A stretch of 64,000 nt of DNA from an uncultured virus (IMG/VR IMGVR_UViG_3300005323_000038) (IMGVR_UViG_3300005323_000038); one strand, 5' to 3'. Shown: positions 35,764 to 48,200, counted from the stretch's first letter. Numbers and translations: made by a program. The notes: generated by a model not told the origin, from the letters alone.

Positions 35764-38700
35764 TTATTTTCCATTAACGAAATTGATATTGTCAAGTGAT
35801 AAAGCCGGATTTGTTATTGTAGCACCATTTGCCATTAATACTACATCACCATTTCCATAAACCCTTAATATTCTTGCTGAAGGCGCACCTGAATCTCGTG
35901 ATGGCACTATAAACGAATTAAAATAAGTATCTGGTAAAGATGGTCTTGAACCTACTGGTAATGTGAATAAAGTTACATCTGAATTTATTACGCCAGAATA
36001 CTCAACTATACCTCTCAGTAATGCTATATTATCATGATTTGACATCATAGGTTTATTTGGATATGTCGTTGAAATACCCCAACCTGATGCAAACGTAACA
36101 TACAATGGGTCATAGAGCGTCTGACCTACTGGTATAATTGTTTGAGGGCTTGTTGTAACTATCGGTTTACCTTCAAGTCCCGAATTATATATTTGAGCAA
36201 TTTCATCAGTTGAAAGAACATAGTTGAAATCAACGTAATTTGAAAGTTTGAACGAAACTCCAGTTGGTCTAAAATTCTGTTTAACAAACTTATCAAAATT
36301 TGGCCCCTGGGTAGCAGTCGCAACTAATTCTTTATTGATATAAAGGCTTATTGTTGAGCCATCCCATGTCATAATGATATTGTACCATTCATTTACTGGA
36401 AGTGTATATGAAAATGAAGTTGCTGTTCCACCGCCATTATAAAAACTCCATGTACCGCCATTGCTTCCGAATATTATAAACGCGTCAGCAAGTTGGTCCG
36501 AGGCTGTATAAAATCCAGCCGGCATCATTTGTGAGTTTGCAGGCAATGTTTTATGCTTCATCCAAGCTGAAAGGCTACCAACTGATGATATTTTAGATGT
36601 ATAATTTAGATGGCCAACAGGTCTTGTGACAGCCGTTGCGCCGGTTGCGATGTATGATGTTGGAAATGCACCGGCTTCGAGTTGAGGAGATGTGATATAG
36701 TAAACGTCGCCTATTGTAGCATTTATAGCGAAACCATAAGAACCTATTCCAGTAGCCGCTGTAGCAGTTATTGAAGCTCTTGTCATTTTACTTGTATTAG
36801 GGGTTAATAATGCTCCGGCATATACTCCGTTATTTATTGCTCTAAATTCACCGACTGCGCCACCTGAATATCCGTATATAGACCATGTATGCGAAACAGC
36901 AGTTCCGGTAATACCTTGAACTATAAAAGCCGTATCAGATACCGTAGCAACTACTTTAAACAGCTTCCTACCATCAGGCAATATTCTATCTAAAGTAACA
37001 GTGCAATTAATCTTTGTCCATGTTGCTGATGTCAAATCATCGGACTGTAAAAGTAAATTAGTTCTACTTTCCTCAACTGCTACGCCTGAACCGAACTTGC
37101 CTTCATCACCTTCAAAACTTTTAAAAGTGCAAGATATGTTTGTTGCCGCTTCTTTCGATGTGCTATCATTTACATAGTTATCAGTCCATTTATTTACTGC
37201 ATCAGTGCCGATAGGGTTAATGCCTGCTGTTCTATCTGCAAGTGTTCCGGCAAAGTCAAGTAACAGTGAACATTTAGACTTATCTGTTACAAACTGTGCT
37301 TTGTTACTACCTGCATTTATATTTGGTGAAAGTCTATCTGCTTCCGATACTGTTTTACCGTTAGATAATTCAACAGGTTTTCCTTCAAGTCCTGCGTTAT
37401 TTATGTTTGATATTTCATCTGCGGATAAGGCGTAGTTGAATATTTCAAAGTTTGAAATTGTGCCGTTCCCTAAATATGTAGCCAGACCTGAAATATTTCC
37501 TAAATATAATAATGAATTTACATCAAAAGCATCTTTATTACATGTTCCAATTAAAGCCCCATTTATATAAAATGAAAAAATATTTGCACTCCATTTGACA
37601 ATAAAATTAAATATTTTATCATCAAAGTTAGTAGCAGTGTAAGCAACTGAATATATCCTATTTGAATTATTTATGATACAAAACTTATATTCATCAGTTG
37701 TATCAAGACTTCTTCCAAAATAAACTAAATTTAAATAGTTATCCCTTGCTGTATTTCCGTATTCAAAAATAATAGGACAATCAGCACGGTTATGAAAGTC
37801 GTTATGTTTATAGTCAGGCTTATACTGAAACGAAATTGAACCTGCTGAATCTTCTATTTTTTTATTGAATTGTATTTTTCCTGCCGGTCTTGTAACTGCT
37901 GACGCGCCTGTTGCGATGTATGATGTTGGAAATGCACCGACTTCGAGTTGAGGGGAGGAAAAATATATCGTATCTCCAGCATTCAAATTGGCAGCTGAAA
38001 ATGCAATGATAACGTTATGTGCGTCTGTAGTAGGTGCAGTAAATGAATAATGTTGGCGTTTTAAATTATTATTTTGAAAATAATTGGAAAACTGACCATT
38101 AGTACCCATTTGTAAATTAGTTGTACTTTTGGTATAACAACTTACAGTATATGTTACCCCTGCTATTAAATTTACTAATTGTCTGACACTAATTTGAGCA
38201 CCACCATTAGCCGTAACTTTATACATATTCCGACCGTCCGGTAGAACTGAATCTAATGATATAATCCCGTTATCACAGAACCAACCACCAATAGTTACAT
38301 TAGCTGAATAAATAAATAAATTCGTTCTGCTTTCCTCAACTGCAACACCTGAACCGAATTTACCTTCATCGCCTTCAAATTGCTTTAAGGTTGCTGAAAT
38401 AGAAGCATCAGGATTGCTAATATAATTGTCAGCTTTATTTTTAACAGCTGTATTATAACCGATAGGCGTAATTGCATTAGTGCTATCAGCTAAACCATCT
38501 TTGAAAGGCAGCATAAGACTGCATTTGCTTTTATCAGTTTTGAAAGCAGGAGTGCCATTCTGATTAACTCTGTCTGCTACTTTTTGAACTGTATTATCAG
38601 TTGTTGCTAATCCTCTGCCATAAGTTGTTGCTGTATTATCTATTGACGCTGACGGATGAGCGGAGGGTGCATTTAAGTTCTGTAAGTCGTTGTGATTACG

Positions 38701-39105
38701 AGTTGTAATCTGAGTTAAATTATCTAATAAAATATCCCCAGATTTTGTGTATTCTTCAACCGCTATAATCGCCTCAACTAATTTCTTATGATATTCAGCG
38801 GTATAAACCTGAAGAACTTCTACGCCTGCCGAATGAGGAGCTGCAATAGAACTTCCTTGCGCTCTTGTAACAGTTATTTTTTTATCACTTCCAGTATTGT
38901 CTATGGAAGTGACAAACATTATTTCGTCATCTATTCCAATATAATTATTAGCAACGTCAGCTGGAATATCTGATAAATCTGTTAATGTTAATACTGTTTC
39001 TCCCTCTGCAATTAGTGTTTTAAGTCTGCTTGACCATCTATACCGATTAAATGGATTTAAGAGTGTAGTTGTAGTATCTATTGAACCTGGAAAATTAACG
39101 CTCAT
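35764..39105 (-). CDS. Tail fibre/receptor-binding protein with duplicated LamG/CBM-like module
   Basis: Two ~420-aa units (TDKSKCSL, EESRTNL, QLE.GAFPTSYIAT, LEGKP). Confidence 0.8.
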   Translation of the reverse strand: MSVNFPGSIDTTTTLLNPFNRYRWSSRLKTLIAEGETVLTLTDLSDIPADVANNYIGIDDEIMFVTSIDNTGSDKKITVTRAQGSSIAAPHSAGVEVLQVYTAEYHKKLVEAIIAVEEYTKSGDILLDNLTQITTRNHNDLQNLNAPSAHPSASIDNTATTYGRGLATTDNTVQKVADRVNQNGTPAFKTDKSKCSLMLPFKDGLADSTNAITPIGYNTAVKNKADNYISNPDASISATLKQFEGDEGKFGSGVAVEESRTNLFIYSANVTIGGWFCDNGIISLDSVLPDGRNMYKVTANGGAQISVRQLVNLIAGVTYTVSCYTKSTTNLQMGTNGQFSNYFQNNNLKRQHYSFTAPTTDAHNVIIAFSAANLNAGDTIYFSSPQLEVGAFPTSYIATGASAVTRPAGKIQFNKKIEDSAGSISFQYKPDYKHNDFHNRADCPIIFEYGNTARDNYLNLVYFGRSLDTTDEYKFCIINNSNRIYSVAYTATNFDDKIFNFIVKWSANIFSFYINGALIGTCNKDAFDVNSLLYLGNISGLATYLGNGTISNFEIFNYALSADEISNINNAGLEGKPVELSNGKTVSEADRLSPNINAGSNKAQFVTDKSKCSLLLDFAGTLADRTAGINPIGTDAVNKWTDNYVNDSTSKEAATNISCTFKSFEGDEGKFGSGVAVEESRTNLLLQSDDLTSATWTKINCTVTLDRILPDGRKLFKVVATVSDTAFIVQGITGTAVSHTWSIYGYSGGAVGEFRAINNGVYAGALLTPNTSKMTRASITATAATGIGSYGFAINATIGDVYYITSPQLEAGAFPTSYIATGATAVTRPVGHLNYTSKISSVGSLSAWMKHKTLPANSQMMPAGFYTASDQLADAFIIFGSNGGTWSFYNGGGTATSFSYTLPVNEWYNIIMTWDGSTISLYINKELVATATQGPNFDKFVKQNFRPTGVSFKLSNYVDFNYVLSTDEIAQIYNSGLEGKPIVTTSPQTIIPVGQTLYDPLYVTFASGWGISTTYPNKPMMSNHDNIALLRGIVEYSGVINSDVTLFTLPVGSRPSLPDTYFNSFIVPSRDSGAPSARILRVYGNGDVVLMANGATITNPALSLDNINFVNGK

Positions 39106-39129
39106 TTACTTTCTTCCTTTCAGAAATAT

Positions 39130-42100
39130 TTATTTGATTAATGAATTAACTAATTCTTTCAATTCTGCTATTTTGCTTTCTAATTCTTTTATTCTTGAAT
39201 TATTATATTGGTTTGCAAGAACATTATATACTGATATTCTATCATATTTTATGGCATCAGGTCTATTATTTTTATCAAGTATTACAAGATCAGGGAATAA
39301 AGTTATCATTTCTTCGGCAATAAAACCAACATCATTAGAGTTATTGGAATTATATTTAAATTTAGAAGGTTTTATTTCATTATATAAGTTTACATCAAAT
39401 GACAGCCTCTCGATATCATGTTTATATCTAAGTGATGAGGTGTCCTTTGTAAATTTTCCTGTAACAGAAGTCCATTTTACTGCATATGTACCTGCATCAG
39501 AATCCATACTTGGAGCATATAATTGCGCGCCAAAAACGACATTGCCATCAAGTTTGCTTCCTTTGCTTGAATATAAAGAATAATTTCCTGAAGAATAGGC
39601 AGCAACGCCATAGCTATAATCATCTGGACTTCCTGCATTATTTACGCCATGTACAGCAGAATAACCTGTGGCATTTGTTAACGCATATACTGCGTCTTCA
39701 TAAGAGGCTTTTATATAGGCAGCAATGGATGATCCGCTTGTTATACAGCTAATACCAAGGCCATTGTAAGAGTTGCAACTCATACCTGTAACAGATCCAT
39801 TCGCCTGAACAGACATTGCCCCAGCTATAGCTTGACCAGAATTTACTATTAATGAGTAATTTTTGTCTGATGAAGCAATAATATAAGCGGCGCTTAATGG
39901 ATCGCTTACAATTCCAGAATACCCATCGGACGATATATATATCGACTTAACCCACATTGTGTTCAAGTATCCTACAGATAAAGGAAATCTTCCAAGTCTA
40001 AAGAATTCAGGGTTATTTGTTTCTGGCCCTCTTATTGATAAGAAGTTAATTCCATCAGAATAGTCCATTGTCATAGAATATAGCCCGGAACCTAAATGGC
40101 CCATTGATATTTTGCTTCCAGATATCTCTGTATTATAATAAGTCGTTGTAGTTGGCCCAATCTTCATTCCAGTATCTTCTATTATAACATTATGTTTTGA
40201 TGCAACGCCATTATATCCAAATCTTATTGATGTTGCGTCTAATTCAAAATCATATATAGTTCCGCTATAATATCCTAATTTTATACTTGAACTTGATATT
40301 TCTGTATTATAATGATCACTTGAGTCAATACTTCCAAGGCTTATTTTTGAATCAGTTATCATTGTATTATGTTTTGTCGTCGTGGCATTATATCCTAATC
40401 CTATACCGATCGATGTTAATTCAAGGTTATATATCGAAGGAGATTTATAGCCAAGCCCTATTTTATTATAAGTAATTGACAAATCATAATAAGAGGTTCT
40501 TCCTCTCATATAAATTCCATCTGCATCCATTTTCATTAGATGTCCAATATCTGTGCTATACCAAAGATTTATTTCGTTTAGCCCTATTTCTATACTTGAA
40601 TGCGTTGCATCTTTATATCCTAATTTAACTGATGTTGAGGTTATAGATGATTGATATAAGCCAGTTGAAACAAAACCAATATTAACTGATGTTGTATCAA
40701 TCTTCATATTTGCAGAGATTTCATCTCCGCCAAGCAATATATTATCCTTTGCCCATAGTCCATAAGAGGAGTCTGCAAGAAGTCCTAATTTTACCTTAAT
40801 GTCTGACCCGGCATATAAACTTAACTTTTCTTTATCGAAGTTAAGAAAATTAGTTGCATCTTCAGAACTTCTAATACTTGCCATTGTTGATAAATAAAGC
40901 ACTTCGCCATAAAATTCATTATAAATACTTCTTAGCCTTGGTTGTATTTCTGATACCGCAACACTTGACAAAGAAGAAGAAAATATAAGTTTAACGGAAC
41001 TACAGTATAATACTTGCTTGCTTAATGCAGACTTGAGCATTGATATTAAATATGTTCCGCCTGCATCAGTTCCATCGGGAACGGCTACTTCGATATAATT
41101 TGAATGTGCTGTTTCTATATCGCTTCCTCGACTAACTATAGTGTTTACGCTATGAGAACTATCTCCAGCTGATAAATATCTCCATTCTTTAGTTCCACCA
41201 GTAGAAACGTAATAATATCCCAAAATAAATCTTATAACATCAGACGATGAAGAAAATTTTACTTTAACGTCAGAAATATAATCTGGTTTTAGCATATCTA
41301 TTTGTATATAATCATCTTTAGATACCGATGATGATACATACTCTGAATTTTTAAAATTACCATCAAGAATATAACTAAAAGTTCCAGAGAAACGATTAGA
41401 TGTTGCAACGAACTGGAAAACATTATCTGTCATATCTACAGCCTCTATAAATCTTGGCCTTCCATAAAGCTCAGTAGAATAAGCACCATATAAGTTGTAA
41501 AAATCCATTGCTCTAACTTTTATTCCAGTTATATTTACTGATGGGTTTGCATTATAGTATGCCACTTCATCTTTTGTTAAAATTAAAGTAAATCTATTTG
41601 TTAGACTTTTTTCTACTACAGTTCCATTATATTTTGTATATGTTAGCTCATAATATTTTAAGTCTGTCATATCATTGTCATTTGTATCTTTTGTTACAGG
41701 AGACCAGGTTAAGACAAGCCCGTTTATATCTTGCTGAATAGAAAAATTAGTAACCTGGGCTGGAGCATAATTATGAGCTACCAAAGTTACCCCCGTCGAT
41801 TCATTATACGCTTCATCAAGAGATTTTAAAACAAATGTCCTGTCTAAACCTGTTTCTAATGTCGGTATGCTCATTACTTCGCCTAAAGTTTCCTTCAATA
41901 AAACTCCATTCTCATATAATCTAATTCCTATTAGGTCAGCGTTAGCAGGTTTTGAGTAAGATATTTTTATTACTGGTTTATTAGCTTCTATTCCAAACAC
42001 TGCCTTTTCATTTGCTATATTACTTGGAGGCCATTTATTCATTATTTTAGTTATCTTTAGGTTACCAATTTTCAAAGCATTATCTAAGGCATATATATTT

Positions 42101-45100
42101 ATTGTTACTTTCTCTCCTTCTTCAAATGAAGAAAATTGTTCTTTTGGAATATAGAATGGAGACTTAAACATTGGTGATCCATATTCAAGCAATGGTTGGT
42201 TTGCCCCACCATTTATTTGATAATACACAGGCATTCTCAAAGATGTAACGTCAACTGCGTTTGACCATAACCCAGAATTTGTCTCAATTATAGTAAGGTC
42301 AAAAATTAATCCACCATTTATTATTCTTGAGTTTATAAAATTTAGGTTTGCAATATTTTCGAGAGATGTATCATTTTCATATCTTATTGAATTCAATTTT
42401 ATAAGAGGAGGAGTGGTATCTATTTTATTTTTTGTTGAAACTACAGCAAAGGCAATATCTCCAACTATTCCATTTTTCTTTACTTGAATTGCTTTTATTT
42501 TAAAATCTGGCATATCTTCAACAAATGTTACAGTTGCTTTAAAGTCAGTAATAATAGTAGATGATGGCAAACTTGCTGATTGTGGCATTTTTATTTCTAC
42601 ATAACTTCCATAACTGCTTGTAGAAATGTTATATTCAGCAACATAAAGTTTTATATGAGAAAAATTTGTGCAAGTAGTAAATGATGGTAAACATACCTGA
42701 ACCGTTTTTGAATTAAATATATCAATCGTTTCGTTCAAATTAGTCAAAGGTAGATATGTCCTTCCGCTTAATGCTATTTGCATGCTTTGAACAAATGAAT
42801 TATCTTTCAAAATATATGGGGCGGGCAACGCCTCTGGAATAGAAGCGTCTACCTCAAAATTATAAACCTGAGTTGTTGTAAAGTTATTATATTTGTCATA
42901 AATCTTAAATAATATTTTATGTTGCCCAGTCGAAAGGCCACTCAAAACTTCTTGGTACGATAGGTTCTTATTTTCATTCGTTAAAGAATATGTTTTCGAA
43001 ACAAAATCTGCATCATCTATAGACGAATAAAGAGCGCCAGTAACTAAAAATCCTGAATTATCATAAGCAGATAATGTAACTGTTAAACTATCACTGATAA
43101 GCAATCTATCTACGAGTATATTTGGATTAAATGAAACAGTATAATCAGGTGTCGTATTATCATGCGCTTCGCCAGAAAATAACTCTGATAACGCTCCAAG
43201 TCCTCCATCAAAGTCTACTGCTACTATTTTAAAGTAAATAGTTCTTATCTCATTTGGTATAATATCTCCGGCAATTCTATTTATAACTGGCATTGACGCT
43301 TGGCCTTTCCAAACAATCATTGCTTCAGTCGGAGAAGTTAAATCTGATTGAGTATACGAACCATATATCCAATATTCTTTTACGCCTTTATAAACAGACA
43401 AATCAAGAGGAGTAAATTTAATTACTACACTCTGAACATCTCCAGTTACTACCATTCCAGTTACAGCTGGAAGCTTTCCATATATCAACTCTGAACTAGA
43501 TATCTCTGATTTACAATACATTGCTGGAAACGATTGAGGAGGGATAAAATTATCTCTATTTATTCTTGATTTTGCTTTTATATGAAAATAAGCTGTTGTT
43601 TCGGGATCGGTTAAATCTATATCTGTCGGTATGTCAGACGAAATAGAATTGTTGTCTTTATCAGTATACAAAAATATTGATGAACTATCCCATGACAATG
43701 CTGGCAATGCTTTTCCAGCATATCTTATTTCATATCCCTCTGTAAGAGAAAACGTTTGTTTATCCCATGTAAATGTTATTTTTTTTATTTTTGCATCATA
43801 CGCTATATCAAAATTATTTACAGTAGGAGGAGTAAAATCAATATCTATTACTTGGGATGAAAGAAGGTCATACTTATCAAGCCCTGTCAGTTTATATAAT
43901 TCTACTTTAAAATCATTATCTAAAAATGCTTGAGAATTTACTGAATTTAAAAACCATAATGATAAATCTTTATATTCTATCTTTGTAGAAAAAGGAGCAT
44001 TGCCAGTATACCTTTTGCCATATATTATTGCCTTACCTGTTGATATTTGTTTTAAATTTATATAAAATCCATCGGCAGAGATAGACGAAGAAACTGATAC
44101 AGTTATTGGGAATGTATTTTCACCAGATATATCATGCGATACTGCCATTTCAACTGTCGAAGCATTTAGAGATACAAGAACTTCATTTGAGTAAGCATAG
44201 TCAGAATAATTTGCTGATGAATCAAATGCTCTTATTTTATAAACATATTTACTGCCGGCAGAAACAGACGAGTCATTATAAAATAAAACCGTTGGATCAT
44301 TTATCGTGGCTATCGTGGTCGAAGTCATAGGATCGTTTGACAAATACCTATCTAATTTATATCCTGCAACATCAAGAATTCCATCCTTTTGTAATGGCGT
44401 TTCCCATTTTATATTGCAAGATGAAACGGCATCGGTAGAAGAGTTTACTGCCGTAAAACCAAGAGGGTAATTTGGAGAAACATTATCTTCAAGTCTTTTA
44501 TTTGTAATTACCGTCATATCTGATAAATTATCAAAAAAGTCTTTTGCCTGTATTGCAAAGTCATAATATTTCCCAAATATTAATCCAGATATAGAAGCTC
44601 GAACATAACTACCGTCAAGTAATGATTCAGTCTCTACTTTTGGGACAAACTTTGCTTCTTTCCAATCTGTTTCTGGTAAGTCTGATTGTTTAATTAAAAT
44701 TCTCATGCCATAGTAATCAGCATCATTATTTTGTCTAAACCTTATTGTCGCTCTTCCATTTTGTATATCTGCTGGGCCATCAGCAAGAACTTCAAAACTA
44801 TATGGAATATGAGGGATAGTCGAATCAGTAACAGATATAGAAATTTGTGCCGAATCGTTAGATACGCCATCAGGAGAAAATACTCTTATAATATAACTAT
44901 ATGATGATCCATATTTTACATCAATGTCAGTAAAATCTAAAGATGGTTTAATTCCTTCTTTTATTATTTTCCCATCTTTTATTATAGAATAAGTATCATC
45001 AACTATTTGTCGAGAAGAACCTATGTCGTCAAATAAACTTGGTATAGCTGTAATATTAATACCAATTTTACTTTTATCTGCTATTATTAATTTATAAGAA

Positions 45101-45270
45101 ATTTTTGGAGATTCTGGCCTTATTTTTATTTTACTATCTCCGGCATTAGAAAAACTTAAGTCTTTTACATTTTCATTTTGAGTATTAGTATTTATTTGTT
45201 GAACGTTCTGCTCGTTTATAGTTTTATTTATTTGGCCTTGAACAATAAATGGAATATTATTTTGTTCCAC
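39130..45270 (-). CDS. Large tail spike/fibre: FN3/Ig repeats, beta-repeat shaft, C-terminal S74-type chaperone
   Basis: Y.Y.IRA.D..N.S FN3 motifs; SSLRYKHDI...VGFIAEE...YD followed by coiled-coil. Confidence 0.82.
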   Translation of the reverse strand: MEQNNIPFIVQGQINKTINEQNVQQINTNTQNENVKDLSFSNAGDSKIKIRPESPKISYKLIIADKSKIGINITAIPSLFDDIGSSRQIVDDTYSIIKDGKIIKEGIKPSLDFTDIDVKYGSSYSYIIRVFSPDGVSNDSAQISISVTDSTIPHIPYSFEVLADGPADIQNGRATIRFRQNNDADYYGMRILIKQSDLPETDWKEAKFVPKVETESLLDGSYVRASISGLIFGKYYDFAIQAKDFFDNLSDMTVITNKRLEDNVSPNYPLGFTAVNSSTDAVSSCNIKWETPLQKDGILDVAGYKLDRYLSNDPMTSTTIATINDPTVLFYNDSSVSAGSKYVYKIRAFDSSANYSDYAYSNEVLVSLNASTVEMAVSHDISGENTFPITVSVSSSISADGFYINLKQISTGKAIIYGKRYTGNAPFSTKIEYKDLSLWFLNSVNSQAFLDNDFKVELYKLTGLDKYDLLSSQVIDIDFTPPTVNNFDIAYDAKIKKITFTWDKQTFSLTEGYEIRYAGKALPALSWDSSSIFLYTDKDNNSISSDIPTDIDLTDPETTAYFHIKAKSRINRDNFIPPQSFPAMYCKSEISSSELIYGKLPAVTGMVVTGDVQSVVIKFTPLDLSVYKGVKEYWIYGSYTQSDLTSPTEAMIVWKGQASMPVINRIAGDIIPNEIRTIYFKIVAVDFDGGLGALSELFSGEAHDNTTPDYTVSFNPNILVDRLLISDSLTVTLSAYDNSGFLVTGALYSSIDDADFVSKTYSLTNENKNLSYQEVLSGLSTGQHKILFKIYDKYNNFTTTQVYNFEVDASIPEALPAPYILKDNSFVQSMQIALSGRTYLPLTNLNETIDIFNSKTVQVCLPSFTTCTNFSHIKLYVAEYNISTSSYGSYVEIKMPQSASLPSSTIITDFKATVTFVEDMPDFKIKAIQVKKNGIVGDIAFAVVSTKNKIDTTPPLIKLNSIRYENDTSLENIANLNFINSRIINGGLIFDLTIIETNSGLWSNAVDVTSLRMPVYYQINGGANQPLLEYGSPMFKSPFYIPKEQFSSFEEGEKVTINIYALDNALKIGNLKITKIMNKWPPSNIANEKAVFGIEANKPVIKISYSKPANADLIGIRLYENGVLLKETLGEVMSIPTLETGLDRTFVLKSLDEAYNESTGVTLVAHNYAPAQVTNFSIQQDINGLVLTWSPVTKDTNDNDMTDLKYYELTYTKYNGTVVEKSLTNRFTLILTKDEVAYYNANPSVNITGIKVRAMDFYNLYGAYSTELYGRPRFIEAVDMTDNVFQFVATSNRFSGTFSYILDGNFKNSEYVSSSVSKDDYIQIDMLKPDYISDVKVKFSSSSDVIRFILGYYYVSTGGTKEWRYLSAGDSSHSVNTIVSRGSDIETAHSNYIEVAVPDGTDAGGTYLISMLKSALSKQVLYCSSVKLIFSSSLSSVAVSEIQPRLRSIYNEFYGEVLYLSTMASIRSSEDATNFLNFDKEKLSLYAGSDIKVKLGLLADSSYGLWAKDNILLGGDEISANMKIDTTSVNIGFVSTGLYQSSITSTSVKLGYKDATHSSIEIGLNEINLWYSTDIGHLMKMDADGIYMRGRTSYYDLSITYNKIGLGYKSPSIYNLELTSIGIGLGYNATTTKHNTMITDSKISLGSIDSSDHYNTEISSSSIKLGYYSGTIYDFELDATSIRFGYNGVASKHNVIIEDTGMKIGPTTTTYYNTEISGSKISMGHLGSGLYSMTMDYSDGINFLSIRGPETNNPEFFRLGRFPLSVGYLNTMWVKSIYISSDGYSGIVSDPLSAAYIIASSDKNYSLIVNSGQAIAGAMSVQANGSVTGMSCNSYNGLGISCITSGSSIAAYIKASYEDAVYALTNATGYSAVHGVNNAGSPDDYSYGVAAYSSGNYSLYSSKGSKLDGNVVFGAQLYAPSMDSDAGTYAVKWTSVTGKFTKDTSSLRYKHDIERLSFDVNLYNEIKPSKFKYNSNNSNDVGFIAEEMITLFPDLVILDKNNRPDAIKYDRISVYNVLANQYNNSRIKELESKIAELKELVNSLIK

Positions 45271-45280
45271 TAAATATCAC

Positions 45281-48200
45281 CTATCCTATAACTTCAAAAA
45301 TACCTGACGTTTTCTTATTATCTCTTGGCTGAGTTGGATAATCTATTTTTTGGTAAGAGCTTCCCTCGATAGCTTGAAAATTATCAAATGTCATTTTAAT
45401 CTCTGGGTTAAAATATACTGACTTAACATTGTCTACGAAAGTTCCTAATTCTGCATCAGCATTAAAAAGTCCAGCCACATAACCGGCTGGCTTACCTTCT
45501 GGGTCTGTTGAAGTCCTTTTTAATAGCATTGGCACTCCAAATAACGCTCCCGCGCATAATTCTATTTCTGATGATATTGCTGATTTTGGCAAAGTAAATA
45601 ACGCCCCGGCTACATTTTTTGTTCCAACGCTTTCCGCGAGTTTTATCATATCAGATGTCAGCACTTTATAATACCCGTTATCTGTTTTATATGCAATAAA
45701 AAAAACAGGAGACATAGAATAAGACACTATAGCATCCCTTATTGGCTCAGACCATGTTATTTCAGTAGTACCAGTAGAGTTTATATAAGAGCTTGCCTGG
45801 CCTGCCTCTAAATTGTATTCAAAGCTAACATAGATATCTTGCGTAGAGTTTTCAAAATTAAGTATCTTAACGCTATTTGAACATATCCAAGGGCAAAAAG
45901 TCGAATAAGAAAACATTTTTACTATATCAGTTGCGGAATAAACATCTTTATCTTTCATTGCATATCCAAATTTATCATTTGCGTCAGACGATGATATGCT
46001 TTTATCGAAATCAAAAGTTGAGCATTTAAATAAATTAATTTTCATCGATTCCGTTTCTGGATCTGCAAATATTTTATATCCAAATGCTTTTTCAGCCAAT
46101 AGTGTTGTTATATTCTGCCAACTCGATCTGGTTATTCGTAAGTTTGTATCATATGAGTCTACCATTTTTTTAACTGTAACGCTATAATCTTTTGTAGGTG
46201 AATAAGCCAAAATATTGCTTGAGAAATCACTATTCATTTGCCATTCTTTTATTGTTTTTATGTCCTGAGTAACAACCTTCCTCCCGGTATCTAATGAAAA
46301 TGTTGTATCAGTTATAGTTTCCTTCGTCGTAGAGAATGTGGGATTTGGAAGAAAATTATCACCTGATGCTGTTGTAAAAACAACCGCCTCTCCATTAACT
46401 CCAAAAGCATTTATTATTTTAAATTTATATTTTGTGTTTATGGGAATATATAATCCACTGCTGTCAGTTAAATCCCATTTTATTTCATCTATAAGAGATG
46501 CAGTTATTATTGTTCGTTGAGCAGAGGTTGGATACCTACCCCATTCGTCTTTTGTCTGAGTTATCTGATTTACATTTAATCCGTCATTTGTTTGAACAAG
46601 AACATCTATATAGATTATATCATTTGGGTTTGCTACAGCGTTATTTCTTTTTGCTGTTATAGGACAAACTACTGATCCTCCTATTTGTGCTTGAGTTGGC
46701 AACACGTCTTCTATAGCTACTGAGAATGCTCCATTTTTATACATATCACTATGAGTTATAATAGGTAATTCATTTTGTACGTCCATGCTTACGGTTTCAG
46801 TTCCAAGAGTATTTAAGAGATATTTATCTAATTTTGTATTCATTCTTATTACATAAAAAGGAGGAGTCTTTAAATGTTGAATGGTAGGGTCATATTCATT
46901 TATCACTTCAAGATTTTCATATATTGTTGAGTAAACATAATTATCGTCAGAATCATTTGGATATAAAAATATTTTATCGACATAATCTCCGAATCTTTGT
47001 TCAAAATCTAATCCAAAGTCCCATCTTATTCCATTTTCTCTTTTATACACTCCTGGTTCAACTACCGCCTCTTCGAAAGGCCACGCAAATATTTTATTCT
47101 CCGTTGGGTGTTTGACTAAAATAGAAATTTTTCTTCTTTTTGTTAAAGCAAAACTAAATAAACAGTAATCATCTATTGGAATAATATTTATAGACTGATT
47201 AACTTTCATTTTTGCAAGGTCTATTATATAGGCGCTTTCTCCCACTATCGCTATATCATCCCCGATTTTACAATAGCCTATACCTAAATTTTCTTGTATT
47301 CCTCCGATTAATTGTTCTGAGTAATCTGATGCCCCATCATAAATTCTATATATTGTATTATTTAAAGCATTGCCTGAGCCAGTTCCTTTTTTACCACCAA
47401 TAGCATATATATTATTAGTTGAATCTATCGTTAATGCTCCTGCACCAAGTCCATTTGTTGATGATAAAGTTTCCCAAGTGTTTGTCGATATGGTATATCT
47501 TTTTAAATTATTGCTATTATATAATCTCTCTGACCAATCCCAATGATATTCTCCAGGGCCAGGTTCAGGAAAATCTCTATAAGCTCCACCATAATTATAT
47601 ATGCATAAACTATCATTTGATAAAACGCACTGATTTAAAAAATATCCATATGTTGAATTTAAGGCTGATATGGCTGTTTCTGATTTTGTTTCTATGTCAA
47701 ATATAAAGCTATTTTCTAAAGGATATTCTCCATCAGCCGATCCATGCCATCCACCAATAGAATAAATCTTACCGTTAAGGAACACGCCGCTTCCACAATG
47801 TTTATGAAAAGCTGAATTTACTATCGTATGATATTCACTCCATAATCCAGTTGAAACAGTATATTTCATCACCTTGTTTATTTGATTTGTACTATTTATA
47901 ACATATAAATTCCCATCATAGAACCCGCATAACCCAAAACAAGTTGCGGTTGGCATTTCGCCAGAAGTCCATACGCCCGTAGCAATATCTAATACTGCAA
48001 ATAGTTTTGTAGCATTTAATCTTGTGGCGAAAGTATAATCGCAATAAATAGATGATCCACCAAGAACGTATAATTTTGAATTTACAGAATCATACGCAAC
48101 CATTCTTCCATATTTATATTTTCTCATGTCATTTGGAAGAGGAGTTAATTTATTAAACTCTGTACCTATAACACCCTTTGCATTTCCACTAACATTATCT

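Noticed and set aside
35764..39105. Diversity-generating retroelement TR/VR pair
   Set aside because: Both copies are in-frame coding, differences are not adenine-specific, and no reverse transcriptase is in the window.
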